Assembly (NCBI RefSeq): GCF_963921235.1
Contig: NC_086102.1
Coordinates: 141,918,001-141,982,000 of the forward strand
Length of the DNA stretch: 64,000 bases
Direction of reading: 5' to 3'
From: Mobula hypostoma
Lineage: Eukaryota
This document shows, piece by piece, positions 1-12,400 of this stretch (its first letter is position 1; each line of letters starts with the position of its first letter). The notes below the pieces were generated by a model. That model was not told the DNA's origin. It made no database searches and worked only from the letters and a program-made list of their open reading frames with translations. The position numbers were made by a program, and so were the translations under genes.

Positions 1-579
1 TCCAAGGCTAGGGGCCTTGGACTAGTTGTCATAATAAGATAATGGGACATTTACTTAAAGTTGAGGTGCTGAAAATTTTCTTCTCACTGAAATAGGCAAA
101 TCAACAACCTAGTAAGGTCGTAGCAAAATTACTGTAGTGTGTGTGTCATCTCATAGAACTGGCTGAAATAATAATCTCAGATGTAACCTCCTTAAGCATT
201 AAGATTTCCCCAGAAGGAAGGAAATGGATAGATAGCGTTAGGGAGGTTTTTAATGTCATAAGAAGTATGGATAAGTTGGAGGCTCACAGTAATTTTCACA
301 GGGTAGAGGAGTCTAAAATTAAAGGACATAGATTTAGGATGAGAGGGGAAAGAGGGGTCCTGAGGAGCACATTTTTCACACAGAGCATGGTGGGTATATG
401 GACCAGACTACCAGAAGAATTTGTAATGGCTGGGAAAATTTCAACGTTTGAATGACATTTAGACAGGTACATGGATTGCAAATATGCACCAATGCAGGCA
501 AGTAGGACCTGCACAGGTGAGCAAATTGGTCAACACGGCTGAGTTGGGCTGAGGGGCCTGTTACTGTGCTGTATAACAT

Positions 580-2488
580 GACCCTAATACTGCTCGGAAA
601 GAACCTTCCAAACTCTCAACCTCCACCACGAAAAGGACAAGGGCAGCAACAGCATGGAAGTACCTCCACCTGGAAGTTGCCTCTAAGCCACACTCACACA
701 TTTGAAGATACGCAAATAGCTGAAGTTAAAATGGATATGTTAAAAGGTGTTATAAAAATATTTTTCACAACTTGAAAAATACTGGCAATGATAATATTCA
801 TAATTATTGACATTAAAAATAAACTTGCCTTCATCCATGCCTATTAATACATGTCAACAATTTTCTTAAAAGTCCTGAAAAAGGGCTCACATTTTTGACA
901 GAAGTTAAAACTTACCTCTTATCTAAAGGAGAAATCACAAATGGCCTATCAAAGTATTGCTTGGTTACAAACTATATACAAAAATTGTATGCATTCCACA
1001 TCTAATTTCCACTCACTTAGATATCCACTATATACCTACAGTGGTAGAAAGAAGAGCAGAAAGGATGCTGTAAGGGCATGAAAGGATGCAAAGCACAACT
1101 GATAATAGATTCTGTAATTCCAAATCAAGCCTGGAGGAAAAGCAGAAGTCTTTCATGTTGTTATATTTGATTCTGTCCCAGACACATGGTTAATAGGAGT
1201 TCTTTATATATATAACCTACACCCAATATTTGTTAAATTCCTATAACATCTGATGAAGCATTTTGTCTGTTAACAAGACAAAAAAAAAATACAACCACCA
1301 TTATCAAAATAAATTGAGGCATTTTCCAGGGTGATTCTGTAAGCCCACTATAGTTTTGTCTAGCTTTAAATCTGCTCTCTAATTTACTGAATCGGATGAA
1401 AATAGGGTACCAGATAAGAAATAGATTACACCATGACACATGGACGATTTGAAATTATATACTCCTTTATCAATAAAGTCAGATAAAACTTTTGAGGGTA
1501 TAGTTTCATCAATGAAAACAAGGTTCAGTATTTTATGTTAGCATATGCAATTTTGATAAGTAATCACACGACTAAACTTAAATGAATGCCAAACCCAGAT
1601 AAATGAAGAAAATATCACTATAGAAGAAAAAGATAACCAATGGAAGAGCATGACCCTCCACGGAACACATCCCCATGATCTGAGCAGACCAGTTGTCAAC
1701 AAGAAAGCATAAAATACTTGACTCTGTGTTGGAAACCTCTTCCCAGAAATAGAAGGATTTCTTGTGGCATTACAGGAGCAGTTTGATTACACAAATAATT
1801 ATCAAAAATACATAATAAAAGACCAAAGAATTCAAGACAACAGAAGCAGAAAATGCAAGGAGAAACCAGAAACAATCCAGCATATTACAAGATCCTGTAA
1901 CATTTTAACGCAATCAGATTATTCACACAGGGATAACCAAGAGGCAAACACAATTTACCAAAATCTTGCTTTAAAATACAAACTCATAAAGGACCCCACA
2001 CCTTACTATAAATCAAGCCTTATCCAGTCTTAGAGTCACAGGTCGATAAATTTTATTCCGACTGATTCGTTGTTACTGATAGGACAATCCATAATAACAG
2101 TGTGGATGTAATAATACAGGATAAACAAGCTAGAACACCATACAGTACTTAGCAGATATGGCCATTCCAAACACACATAACATGCAGAAATCAATAAGTG
2201 AAAAACACCAGAAATATGCTGAATGAAAAGAGGAAATTGAATGACTGTGGATCATGAGTATATATCCCATTAGTAATATCTTCAATTGGTATCTTCCCAA
2301 AGCCACTACAGAATTGCATTAAACAATTAGGGATAGATGACAATATCTACGAAAGCTTCAGAAAGCGACAATACTAAACACCACTAGAATAGTCCGAAAG
2401 TTCATAGCAATTGAGAAATGAGTGTGCTTGGCTATGCCCGTGCCTCAGCTTTTACCAGCTTGAGCTAAGAAAAAAAAATTAAAAATAA
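580..2488 (+). mobile_element. degraded R4/Dong-clade non-LTR retrotransposon (RT plus restriction-like endonuclease), copy A
   Basis: Broken frames give EEQKGCCKG..GCK.QLIIDSVI, FDSVP, GIFQGDSVSP, MDDLKLY, CRKC..ETIQHI..SC..HRxNQ, D.II.DK; A-rich 3' tail near 2470-2488. Confidence 0.75.
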
Positions 2489-3945
2489 GCAATATGTATC
2501 GAGACCATGTGATGAAGAGTGTTTGAATGTGAGTCCATAGGTTGTGGAAGCTGGTCAGTGATACAGCAAGTGAGTTGAGTGAAGTTATCCCCACTGGTGC
2601 TTGAAAGTTAATAACAGTTCCTGAACCTGCTGGTGTGAGTCCTGAGGTACCTGAATCTTCTTCCTGATAGCAGCAGTAACAAGAAAGCACGGCTTGGTTG
2701 GTAGGGGTCCTTGATGATTGATGTTGCTTTCCTATGACAAAGCTCCATGTATCTGTGCTCACTGGTGGGAAGAGCTTTACCTGTGATGGATTGGGCTGCA
2801 TTCATTACTTTTTGTAGTAGTTTACATTCAAGGATATTAGTGTTTCCATACAAAACCATTTTCAACAAGTCAAGATATTCTCCACCACATATCTAGAGAA
2901 ATTTGTCGAAGTTTTAGATGTCAAGCCGTATCTTCACAATCGAGTATTGCAGGAGGCTAGGCACACAGCTTTGTGGTGCACCGGTGATGCTGGAGATTGT
3001 GGAGGAGAAATTGTTGCCAATTCAAGCTGACTGGGGTCTACAAGTGAAGAAATCGAAGATCCAATTGCACAAGGAGGTGTTGAGGGCAAGGTCTTGAAGC
3101 TTATTGATTAGTTTTGAGGAGATGATGGTATTGAATGCTGAGCTGTAGTCAATAAAGAGCACCTGCTATATACATCTTTGCTGTCCAAATGTTGAAGGAT
3201 TGAGTGAAGTACTAAAGAAATGGAATCTGTTATGGACCTGTTGTGCCAATAGGCAAATTGAAGTGGATCCAAGTCGCTTCTCTGGCAGCAATTGAAATGT
3301 TTCATAATTAACTTCTCAAAATACTTTGATGCTGCAGATTTAAGTGCTTCTGGATGATAGTCATTGAGGCAGACTGCCATGTTCTTCTTAGGCACCAGTA
3401 TAATTAAAGCCTGCTTGAAGCAGATGGATACCTCAGACTGCAGAAGCGAATGGTTAAATATCTCAGTGAACACTCCAGCCAGTTCATCTGGCAAGGTGCC
3501 TCATCTGGGCCAGATGGTTTCTGTGGGTTCGTCCTCCCTGAGGGATTCTCTCATGTTGACCTCAGAGACTGAAATCACAGGGTCATCAGGAGTTGAGGGA
3601 TTTTGTGATGGTTCTTTCATATTTTGATGGTAAAAGTGAGTATTGAAGACATTGAGCTCATCTGGAAGTGAAGCCCTGTTGCCTGATTTCACTTTGTGAT
3701 AGTATTCAAGTCCCGCTGTTGAGGATCCTTCATTGACTCAGGTTGAGCATGGAATTGCCACTTCACTCGTGAGATGGCTTTCCAGAGATTGCACTTGGAC
3801 CTCTCGTAACTTTCTTGGTCACCAGACTTGAATACTTCTGATCTGGTCCTCAGTGGATTGTAGATCTCATGGTTCAGCCAGGGCTCCTGGTTGGGGAAGA
3901 TTCTCAATCGTTTTGTGGGGACACACTCATCGATAACTGTATTGA
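2489..3945 (-). mobile_element. degraded Rex1/Babar-clade LINE, copy A
   Basis: ORF 3108..3494 LAGVFTEIFN..VPKK..CLNDY..DLDPLQFAY; 3' part DP.QP...LLLSGRRFR..T.T.RFRN. Confidence 0.8.
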
Positions 3946-4479
3946 TAAACCACAAGCGTATCAGAAGCAATTATTGATTGATTGGCTTTTCTCACATCAG
4001 AAAAAGGAATTAAAAGCAATGGAATATCACAATGATGGTGAGGAAATTCAGAATGTGGAGGTAATTGAAATGCTAAGTGTATGTGTACAGTTCTTAATGA
4101 CAGGAGAGTGGAAAGCTTTGACTGTTTAACGTGTTCAACAAGCGAAGTGGAGCAAACAAACTGAATTCCGGAGGTAGGAAAACTGCAAGGAACCACAGCG
4201 AAAGGCAGTATTAACTCTCCCTTCGATGATCAAATGGGTTCTGAAAGGAGAGAAAACAGAGATTATTGAAAGTAAATCATGATTGACTTCTTTGGCTGAA
4301 GAAGAAGCTGATCAGTGCTGTGTAGAAGAAATTGTATAGATGGATTCCCAAAAGATGTTTGTCAGTTTCATAAGGTGTATCCTCAATTCAGACAGTTTGG
4401 AACAGAGAACCAAAATGCTACTTTAACCTAGGTGAATGGACCTGGGTGATATGCAGCTGCGAATGTTCCTGAACAACTT

Positions 4480-4715
4480 CATTTAAACAACAATTTAAAA
4501 AGCACAACTGTAACAATCCATGATACAACAAAAGTCTTTCTGTTTTTCTACAATGAATGAAAAAAAAGGATTTTGCTGCATTTTGCTGATGTTTAATGTT
4601 GTGTCACCAGAACAACAAGAAACTGCCTAGTGAGGACTTTCTACCCTGCATATAAATACCAACTTGTGTTAGGCAGCGAAACAGTCAGTTGATTACCAGA
4701 CTCACTGTGTTCAAA
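4480..4715 (+). promoter_or_regulatory. crystallin proximal promoter copy 1 (TATA box, putative Maf half-site and Sox-like sites)
   Basis: TATAAATA 4651-4658; AT-rich-preceded TGCTGA at 4584-4589 (large-Maf half-MARE-like); ACAAT/ACAAAAG Sox-like motifs. Block conserved in five copies. Binding is inferred from known c-Maf/Sox control of gamma-crystallins. Confidence 0.7.
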
Positions 4716-6412
4716 ATGGGAAAGGCAAGGGCTACTCAGTAAATGAACTAAATGAGAATCCTTCGTGAACACCTGAGCAACTAATAACACAGATATGTTT
4801 CTTCCCACAGATCATCTTCTACGAGGACAGGAACTTCCAGGGTCGGCACTATGAGTGCAGCTCCGACTCTGCCGACCTCTCCCCTTACTTCAGCCGCTGT
4901 AACTCCATCCGTGTCGAGAGTGACTGGTGGGTGTTGTACGAGAGACCCAACTACATGGGATACCAATATGTCCTGAGCAGGGGAGAGTATCCTGACTACC
5001 AGCGCTGGATGGGATTCAATGACACAATCAGGTCATGTCGCACCTACCCTTACGTAAGTTTCAAATTTTCAGGGGATTTGATTTATTTTCAGTTTGGCTC
5101 TGAAAATGGAGAATTTGCCTTGCTAGAGCCTAACTGTTATCAAAAAATGCCTGAATGTCTTAAATTGCAATGACATTTCAAGGTGGAGGAGGAGGTAGTG
5201 GTGAGTTTCTTAAGGAGCATTAAGGTGGACATGTTCCCAGGGCCTGATGGAATATATCCCTGGTAATTGAGAGAGGCAAGAGATGGGATAGTTGGAACCT
5301 TGATCAACATCTTTACGTCTTTTCTAGCTCTCTGGAGTATTACATTCAATTTTGGTCACACCGTTATCGGAATGATGTTGAATGTTTGGACAGGGTGCAG
5401 AGAAGGCTTTTCAGGATGCTGCCTGGTTTAGAGGGCATGTGCTGTAATGAGAGGTTGAGCAAACTCGAATTATTTTTCTCTGAAGCAGCGGAGTTCGAGG
5501 TTTATAAGATTATGAGAGGCATAGATGTAGTAGACGAACAGTATCTTTTCCCAGGGTTTAAATATCTCATACTAAAGGACATACATTTTAGGTGAGAGGG
5601 TGTATGTTCAAAGGAGATGTGAGGGAGAACTTTTTACACAGAATGAAGTGGGTGGTGGTATGAGCAGCCTAGGCTGTTATGAGAGGCAGGTATGTCAGGG
5701 ACTTTTAAGAGATGGCTACATAGGCACATTAATGTGAGGGAAATGGAAGGATATGGACATTGTTTAGGCAGAAGGGATTAGTTTAGATGGCCATTTAACT
5801 CAAATAGCCAACTAAATTTAAATTTACTAATTTAATTGTTTGGGCACAACATTGCGGGCCCAAGGACCTTTTCCTATGCTCTATGTTCTATGTCCTAAAT
5901 GCAGAATTTTTCCTATTTATTTTTACTGTCTTTTTATTTAACTTCCATTTGACCCAGCAGCAATGCTAGTTGGAAGCATATTTGAGGCATATAGTTAATG
6001 AAATGATCAAATTACATCTGACTCTATTTCCCATTGAAGTCGATCACCATTCTGTGAATAAGTTTTGAGATGTCATGTAAAATAGGTGAATACTCTATAA
6101 AACATCATGAATAAAACTCTGTGTTTCCTATTCCAGTACCGAGGTGGAAACTACAGAATGAGGATTTACGAAAGGCCTGACTTTGCAGGGCAGATGATGG
6201 AGTTCATGGACGACTGTTCCTCTGTCTACAATCGTTTCCGCTACCGTGACATCCACTCCTGTCAGGTGCTGGATGGTTACTGGATCTTCTATGAACATCC
6301 CAACTACAGAGGCCGACAGTACTTCCTGACACCTGGGGAATACAGGAGGTATAGTGACTGGGGTGGCTACAACTCAATGATCGGGTCCTTCAGGCGCATG
6401 AGGGACTTCTAA
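4716..6412 (+). CDS. gamma-crystallin copy 1 (elasmobranch gamma-S1/gamma-M-like), 175 aa; join(4716..4724,4811..5053,6137..6412)
   Basis: Exon 1 ATG GGA AAG (MGK); exon 2 [53 protein letters not shown]...SCRTYPY; exon 3 [18 protein letters not shown]...GSFRRMRDF*. Four Greek-key motifs, phase-0 introns (GC-AG 86 nt; GT-AG), TATAAATA at 4651, AATAAA at 6463. Confidence 0.96.
5170..5900 (+). mobile_element. CR1 3' fossil in intron 2 (paralogous pieces in intron 2 of all copies)
   Basis: [35 protein letters not shown] (ORF 5386..5595); ends in a ctatgttctatg tail. Confidence 0.8.
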
Positions 6413-6849
6413 AAGTTGCTCTTGAAAATCTAATTTTATCTTGTTGAAATACTTATGGAGGCAATAAAATACCTTTGATGACACTATCAGCTCATTTGGT
6501 TCATTTCTTCTGATCCCACTGGACAGAATCCGGGATAGTAATCATAATCTGAGGACCACATTAAATTGTTTTACCTCAGTTGGTTCCAGTTAACAGATAA
6601 CATTATGATGATTCATAAGAGGCTAAAAAATATAAAATTAATAGAAAGCTGTTCTCTGCCTCTTGTGTTATTGTGTTCATTGTGAGGTGCTGAGCTCCAT
6701 TTTTTATTTATTTCTAGTGAATTTATTGAGTACAAATATCTACCTTTATGAGTTCTATTCTTCTGAGGGTTTTGTGAAATGACTTCACAAGAAATGAAAC
6801 ACCAGAGTTAGAGACGTGGATTGAAAGTGCACAGAAAGCAATGCTTTTC

Positions 6850-7955
6850 AAAGGTTCAATAGTTCATTTTATTGTCAAAGTATGCATGCACAATACAGCT
6901 CTGATATTTGTCTTCTCCAGATAGGTAGAAAATACAAAAAAAACAGGGATCTTGTTAACGGAAAATACATTAACTCTCCCCACTGAGGAAAAAGAAAAAG
7001 AAACAAACCCCTACCCTTACACAAAAACTAACAGAATGCCCACGTGGAAAATGGCAGTTGGAACATCAAAAACCACAAACCCTTAATCCCCTCCCTTGCA
7101 CATAAAAACAGTGACAATAGCATCAAACCACTAACACCCTTACTCACAGAAAAAAAACAGTGACAATAAAATCAAATCCCCAACCCTCTCCTTTGCAAAA
7201 AAATCAGCGACTGTGACATCAAATCCCTCACCCACTCACATACAGAGAAAAACAAAAGAAAAACACCACATAGAAAAACACCAACAAGAACATCAGTCCC
7301 CAAATTCCAACAGCTTCCTCTCAGAAAAAGTAAAATTTTGACTGTCAGCCAATCAGAAACAAGAAAGAGATCACTGAAAACTGAAGGAGACCAATATAAC
7401 ATACAATCCAATAATCATATAAATCTCAGAATATTGAGGAAAGACCTGCCTTCAGCATTTGAGGAAAGCGGCTGCACGAACTCAGTCCTTCTGTGAAGAG
7501 CGACTGCAGTGCTGGGTCCGAATGCTGCTTGATCCAGCTACTGACCAACATTTGCTCTGTGGCCTCTATGGAGAGCATTCGGTGACCTCCTCTGCATTTG
7601 CCTTGATGCTTCCATCTTCCTCATGGTTCAAAATGGAGTCACTGATAAATGTGCCCCATCCTTGGTCTATTTGACGGAGCTTCTTGTGCTCTTGGTCCCC
7701 TTTTGGATCCTGTCTCTGGTCTTCCTGACGAGGCAGCTTATGCTTTCAGTCCTCTCCCGACACAGCAGAGCTCTAGATGATTCGACTGAATTCCGAACTG
7801 CACGTCACAGGCAATTTCTGTAACACAAAAAAAGACAAAAAGAACAAGCAGAAGATGTTGAGAAAGTGAAATAATTGAAGAAGTTGGTAATTTGGAAGAA
7901 GTCACCTGAGGAATTACAAACGTTTGTATTTGTTCATTACATCCTGACCAGAAGA
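6850..7955 (-). mobile_element. old ~1.1-kb non-autonomous LINE-like element downstream of the gene, with internal degenerate ~50-bp A/C-rich repeats (paralogues ~17230-18350 and ~46935-47815)
   Basis: Minus strand ends ...gacaataaaatgaactattgaaccttt; repeated aaaaacagtgacaataacatcaaaccc units at ~7060-7290; same sequence recurs at the same position in other units. Confidence 0.5.
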
Positions 7956-8374
7956 TTTACAAAACATTTTCCAAATTTAACTTTTTACTTTTACAAAACA
8001 TGAAGAATTCTACCAAATTTGAAACTAGTGTAAACAACAAGATGACATGGAGAGAAATCTGCTGGAGAATTTGAACATATCTATGATTCTGTGTGGGTCT
8101 GCATTGTGAAGGATGAAATTTGAGGTGACTGAGGACAAAAGGGAAAAGAGGGACATGAGGAGCTAGCTTTTCACACAGAGTGTAATGGGGTATATGGAAC
8201 AAGCTACCAAAAGAACTTGTAAAAGTTGGTACAATTTCAAAATTTAAAAGACATTTAGACAGGTACATGGATTGCAAATATGCACCAATGCATGTGAGAC
8301 TTGCACTGCTGAGTAAATTGGTCAACATGGCTGAGTTGGGCTGAAGGGCCTGTTACTGTGCTATATACCTCCAA

Positions 8375-9435
8375 GACCCTAATACTCCTTGGAGAGAACC
8401 TTTCAAACTCTCAAACTCCACCAGAGAAAAGGACAAGGATATCAATAGCATGGAAACACCTCCACCTGGAAGTTGCCTCCAAGCCACACTCACACAATTG
8501 AAGACATGGGAACACTTAAAGTTACATTGGATATGTTAAAAGAAGTTATAAAAATTACCCACAACTGGAAAAGTACCAACAGTGATAATATTCATAATTA
8601 TTGGTATAAAAATTTACTTGCCTTTATTCATACCTATTAAACACATGTCAACAATTTTCTTAACAATCTCAAAAAATGCCTGAAATTTTGATAGAAGTTA
8701 CAACTTATGTCTTAACTAAAGGAGAAAACACAAATGAACCATCAAAATATTGTTCTATTGCTGGGTTACAAATGATGTACAAAATCGTATGCATCCCACA
8801 ACTAATCACCACTCATTTAGATAACCACTATATACTTACTGAGGAGCAGAAAGGATGCTGTAAGGATGCAAAAGGATGTAAAGAACAACTGATAGTATAT
8901 TCTGTAATTCTAAATCAAAGTGAGAGAACACAGACATTTTTGATTTTGCTATACCAAAGAGCATTTGATTATGTCCCACACTCATAGTGAAAAGAAGTTC
9001 TTAAAATATGTAAACTACACCCAATACTTGTGAAATTTCTTCAACATCTGATGAAGCATTAATGTACCATAATCACTCTATCTATTAACAACCAAAAAAG
9101 AACCACCATTATCAAAATAAAGTGAGGCATTTTCCAGGACTTCACTGTAAGCCTACTATGGTTTTGTCTAGCTTTAAACCCACTCTCTAATTTACTGAAA
9201 TGGATGAAAATAGGACATCAAATCTGAAACAACCCAATAAATTACACCTTGACACGCATTCTATACATGGGCAATTTGAAATTATACACTCCTTCATCAG
9301 TAAAGCTAAAGCAATTAATTCAAACAGTAGAACAATTTTTGAAAGATGTAAAAATATACTTTGGACTGGATAAGTGCAGAACATTAAAGATAAAGAAAGG
9401 TGCAATAGAGCATATAGAACACAAAACCAACTGAC
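8375..9435 (+). mobile_element. R4/Dong-like fossil, copy B (3' truncated)
   Basis: ORF 8676..8987 TYVLTKG..PSKY..LTEEQKGCCKDAKGCKEQLIV..YQRAFDYVPHS; LYMGNLKLY..FGLDKC. Confidence 0.75.
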
Positions 9436-9454
9436 TGAGGTCAACCTGAGTATC

Positions 9455-12400
9455 CAATGACTCAAGGAAGTATTGAGGCCAAGGTCTTGAAGCTTATTGA
9501 TTCATTTTGAGGGGATGATAGTATTGAATGATGAGCTGCAGTCAATAAAGAGCATCCTGATGCATGCATCTTTGCTGTCCAGATGTTCCAGGATTGAGTT
9601 AACAGCCAATGGACTGGAGTCTGCTGTGGAGCTGTTATTCCAAAAGACAAATTGCAGCAGATCCAAATCACTTCTCAGGCAGTAACAAGAATGTTTCATA
9701 ATCAATCACTCAAAACACTTTATCATTCTCGATGTAGGTGCTACTGGATGATGGTCATTGAGGCACGTTACCATGTTCTTCTTAGACCACTGCATAATTG
9801 GATCCTGCTTGAAGTAGATGGGTACTTCAGACTGCTGAAGCAAGAGGTTAAATATCTCACACAGTGAACACCCAGCCAGTTGATCAGCACAGGTTTTCAG
9901 TACTTGGCCAGGTTCCCCATCTGGGCCAGAAGATCTCTGTGGTTAACTCTCCTGACGGATGCTGTCACGTTGGCCTCAGTGACTGAAAATACAGGGTTAT
10001 CGGGAGTTGTGGCAGTTTGTGATGGTTCTTACATGGAACATAGAAACATAGAAAACCTACAGCACAATACAGGCCCTTCAGCCCACAATGCTGTGCTGAA
10101 TATGTACTTAATTTAGAAGTTACCTAGGGTCACACATAGTCTCTATTTTTCGAAGCTCCACGTACCTCTCCAAGAGTCTCTTAAAAGACCCTATTGTGTC
10201 CGCCTCCACCACTGTTGCCAGCAGCCCTTTCCATGCACTCACCACTTACTGCATAAAGAACTAACCCTGACATCTCCTCTGTACCTACTCCCAAGCACCT
10301 TAAAACTGTGCCCTCTCGTGTTAGTCATTTTAGCCCCGGGAAAATGTCTCTAACTATCTGCACAATCAATGTCTCTCATCATCTTATACACCTCTATCGG
10401 GTCACCTCCCATCCTCCGTCTCTCCAAGGAGAAAAAGCTGAGTTCACTCAACCTATTCTCCCCAATCCAGGTAACATTCTTGTAAATCTTCTCTGCACCC
10501 TTTCTATAGATTCCACATCCTTCCTGTAGTGAGGTGACCAGAAATGAGCACAGTACTCCATGTAGGGTCTGACCAGGGTCCTATACAGCTGTGACATTAC
10601 CTCTTAGCTCTTGAAATCAATCCCACAGTGGATGAAGGCCAATACACTGTATGCCTTCTTAACCACGCAGTCAAACTGCGCAACAGTTTTGAGTGTCCTT
10701 TGCACACGGACTCAAAGATCCCTCTGATCCTCCACACTGCCAAGAGTCTTAACATTGATACCATATTCTGCCATCATACTTGACCTACCGAAATGAACCA
10801 CCTTACACTTGTCTGTGTTGAACTCCATCTGCTACTTCTCAGCCTAGTTTTGCATCCAATCAATGTCCCACTGTAACCTCTGATGGCCCTCCACACTATC
10901 CACAACACCCCCAACCTTTGTGTCATCAGCAAATTTACTAATTCTTCCCACCACTTCCTCAACCAGGTCATTTATAAAAATCACGAAGAGTAGGGGTCCC
11001 AGAACAGATCCCTGAGACACACCACTGGTCATCGACCTCCATCCAGAATCTGACGCATCTACAACCACAGTTTGCCTTCTGTGGGTAAGCCGTTTCCCGA
11101 TCCACAAAGCAAGGTCTTCTTGGATCCCATGCCTCCCTACTTTGTATGGGGTACCTTATCAAATGCCTTGCTGAAATCCATATATGCTATATCTACTGCT
11201 CTACCTTCATCAATGTGTTTAGTCACATCTTCAAAAAATTCAATCAGGCTCATAAGGCACGACCGGCCTTTGGCAAAACCATACTGACTATTCCAAATAA
11301 TATTATGCCTCTCAAAATGTTCATAAATCCTACCTCTCGGGATTTTCTCCATCAACTTACAACCTCTGAAGTAAGAGTCACTGGTCTATAATTTCCTGGA
11401 CTATCTCTACTCCCTTTCTTGAATAAGAGAACAACATCTGCAACCCACCGATCTCCGGAAAGTCTCATGTCCCCATTGATGATGCAAAGATCATCACCAG
11501 AGGCTCAACAATCTCCTCCTTCAGCTTCCACAGTAGCCTGGGGTATATCTCATCTGGTCCCGGTGACTTATCCAACTTGAAGATTTCCAAAAGCTCCAGC
11601 ACATCCTCTTTCTTAATTTCTATATGCTCAAGCTTTTCAGTCTGCTGTAAGTCATCCCTACAATCACTAAAGTCCTTTTCCATAGTGAATACTGAAGCAA
11701 AGTATTCATTAAGTACCTCTGCTATTTCCTCTGGTTCCATACACACTTTTCCACTGTCACACTTGATTGGTCCTATTTTCTCACATCTTATCCTCTTGCT
11801 CTACACATACTTGTAGAATGCTTTAAGGTTTTATTTCATCCTGCTCGCCAAGGCCTTCTCATGACCCCTTCTGGCTCTCCTAATTTCATTTTTAAGCTCC
11901 TTCCTGCTAGCCTTATAATTTTCTAGAACTCTCACATTACTTAGTTTTTTGAACCTTTCGTAAGCTCTTCCTTTCTTCTTGACTAGATTTTCAACCACCT
12001 TCGTACACCATGGTTCTTGTACCTACCATCATTTCCCTGTCTCATTGGAACGTACCTATGCAGAACCCCATGCAAATATCTCCTGAACATTTGCTACATT
12101 TCTGCCATACATTTCCATGAGAATATCTGTTCCCAACTTATTCTTCCAAGTTCCTGCCTGATAGCTTCATACTTCCCTTTACTCCAATTAAATATGTCCT
12201 AATTTGTCTGCTGCTATCCCTCTCCAATGCTATGGTAAAGGTGATAGAATTGTGATCACTATCTCCAAAATACTCTCCCACTGAGAGACCTGACACCTGA
12301 CCAGGTTCATTTCCCAATACCAAATCAAGTACAGCCTCTCCTCTTGTAGGCTTATCTTCCTGAACACACCTAACAAACTCCACACCAGCTAAACCTCTTG

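Noticed and set aside
4739-4744. GT donor (ca/gtaaat) as the real end of exon 1
   Set aside because: It gives a 23-nt exon out of phase with exon 2, also with the alternative AG 18 nt upstream of the acceptor.
6107-6136. N-terminal extensions of the exon-3 ORFs ([10 protein letters not shown] etc.) and C-terminal extensions of the exon-2 ORFs
   Set aside because: These are read-through into intron sequence (polypyrimidine tract or donor); true boundaries are ttccag/TAC and /gtaagt.
4716-6412. Assigning a specific symbol such as CRYGS or a numbered crygm
   Set aside because: The MGK-only exon 1 and short intron 1 are gamma-A-F/gamma-M-like rather than mammalian CRYGS-like; orthology needs a phylogeny.
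7060-7290. CRISPR-like or regular repeat array (aaaaacagtgacaataacatcaaaccc units)
   Set aside because: Degenerate low-complexity minisatellite inside a eukaryotic retroelement; spacers are similar to one another and there are no cas genes.
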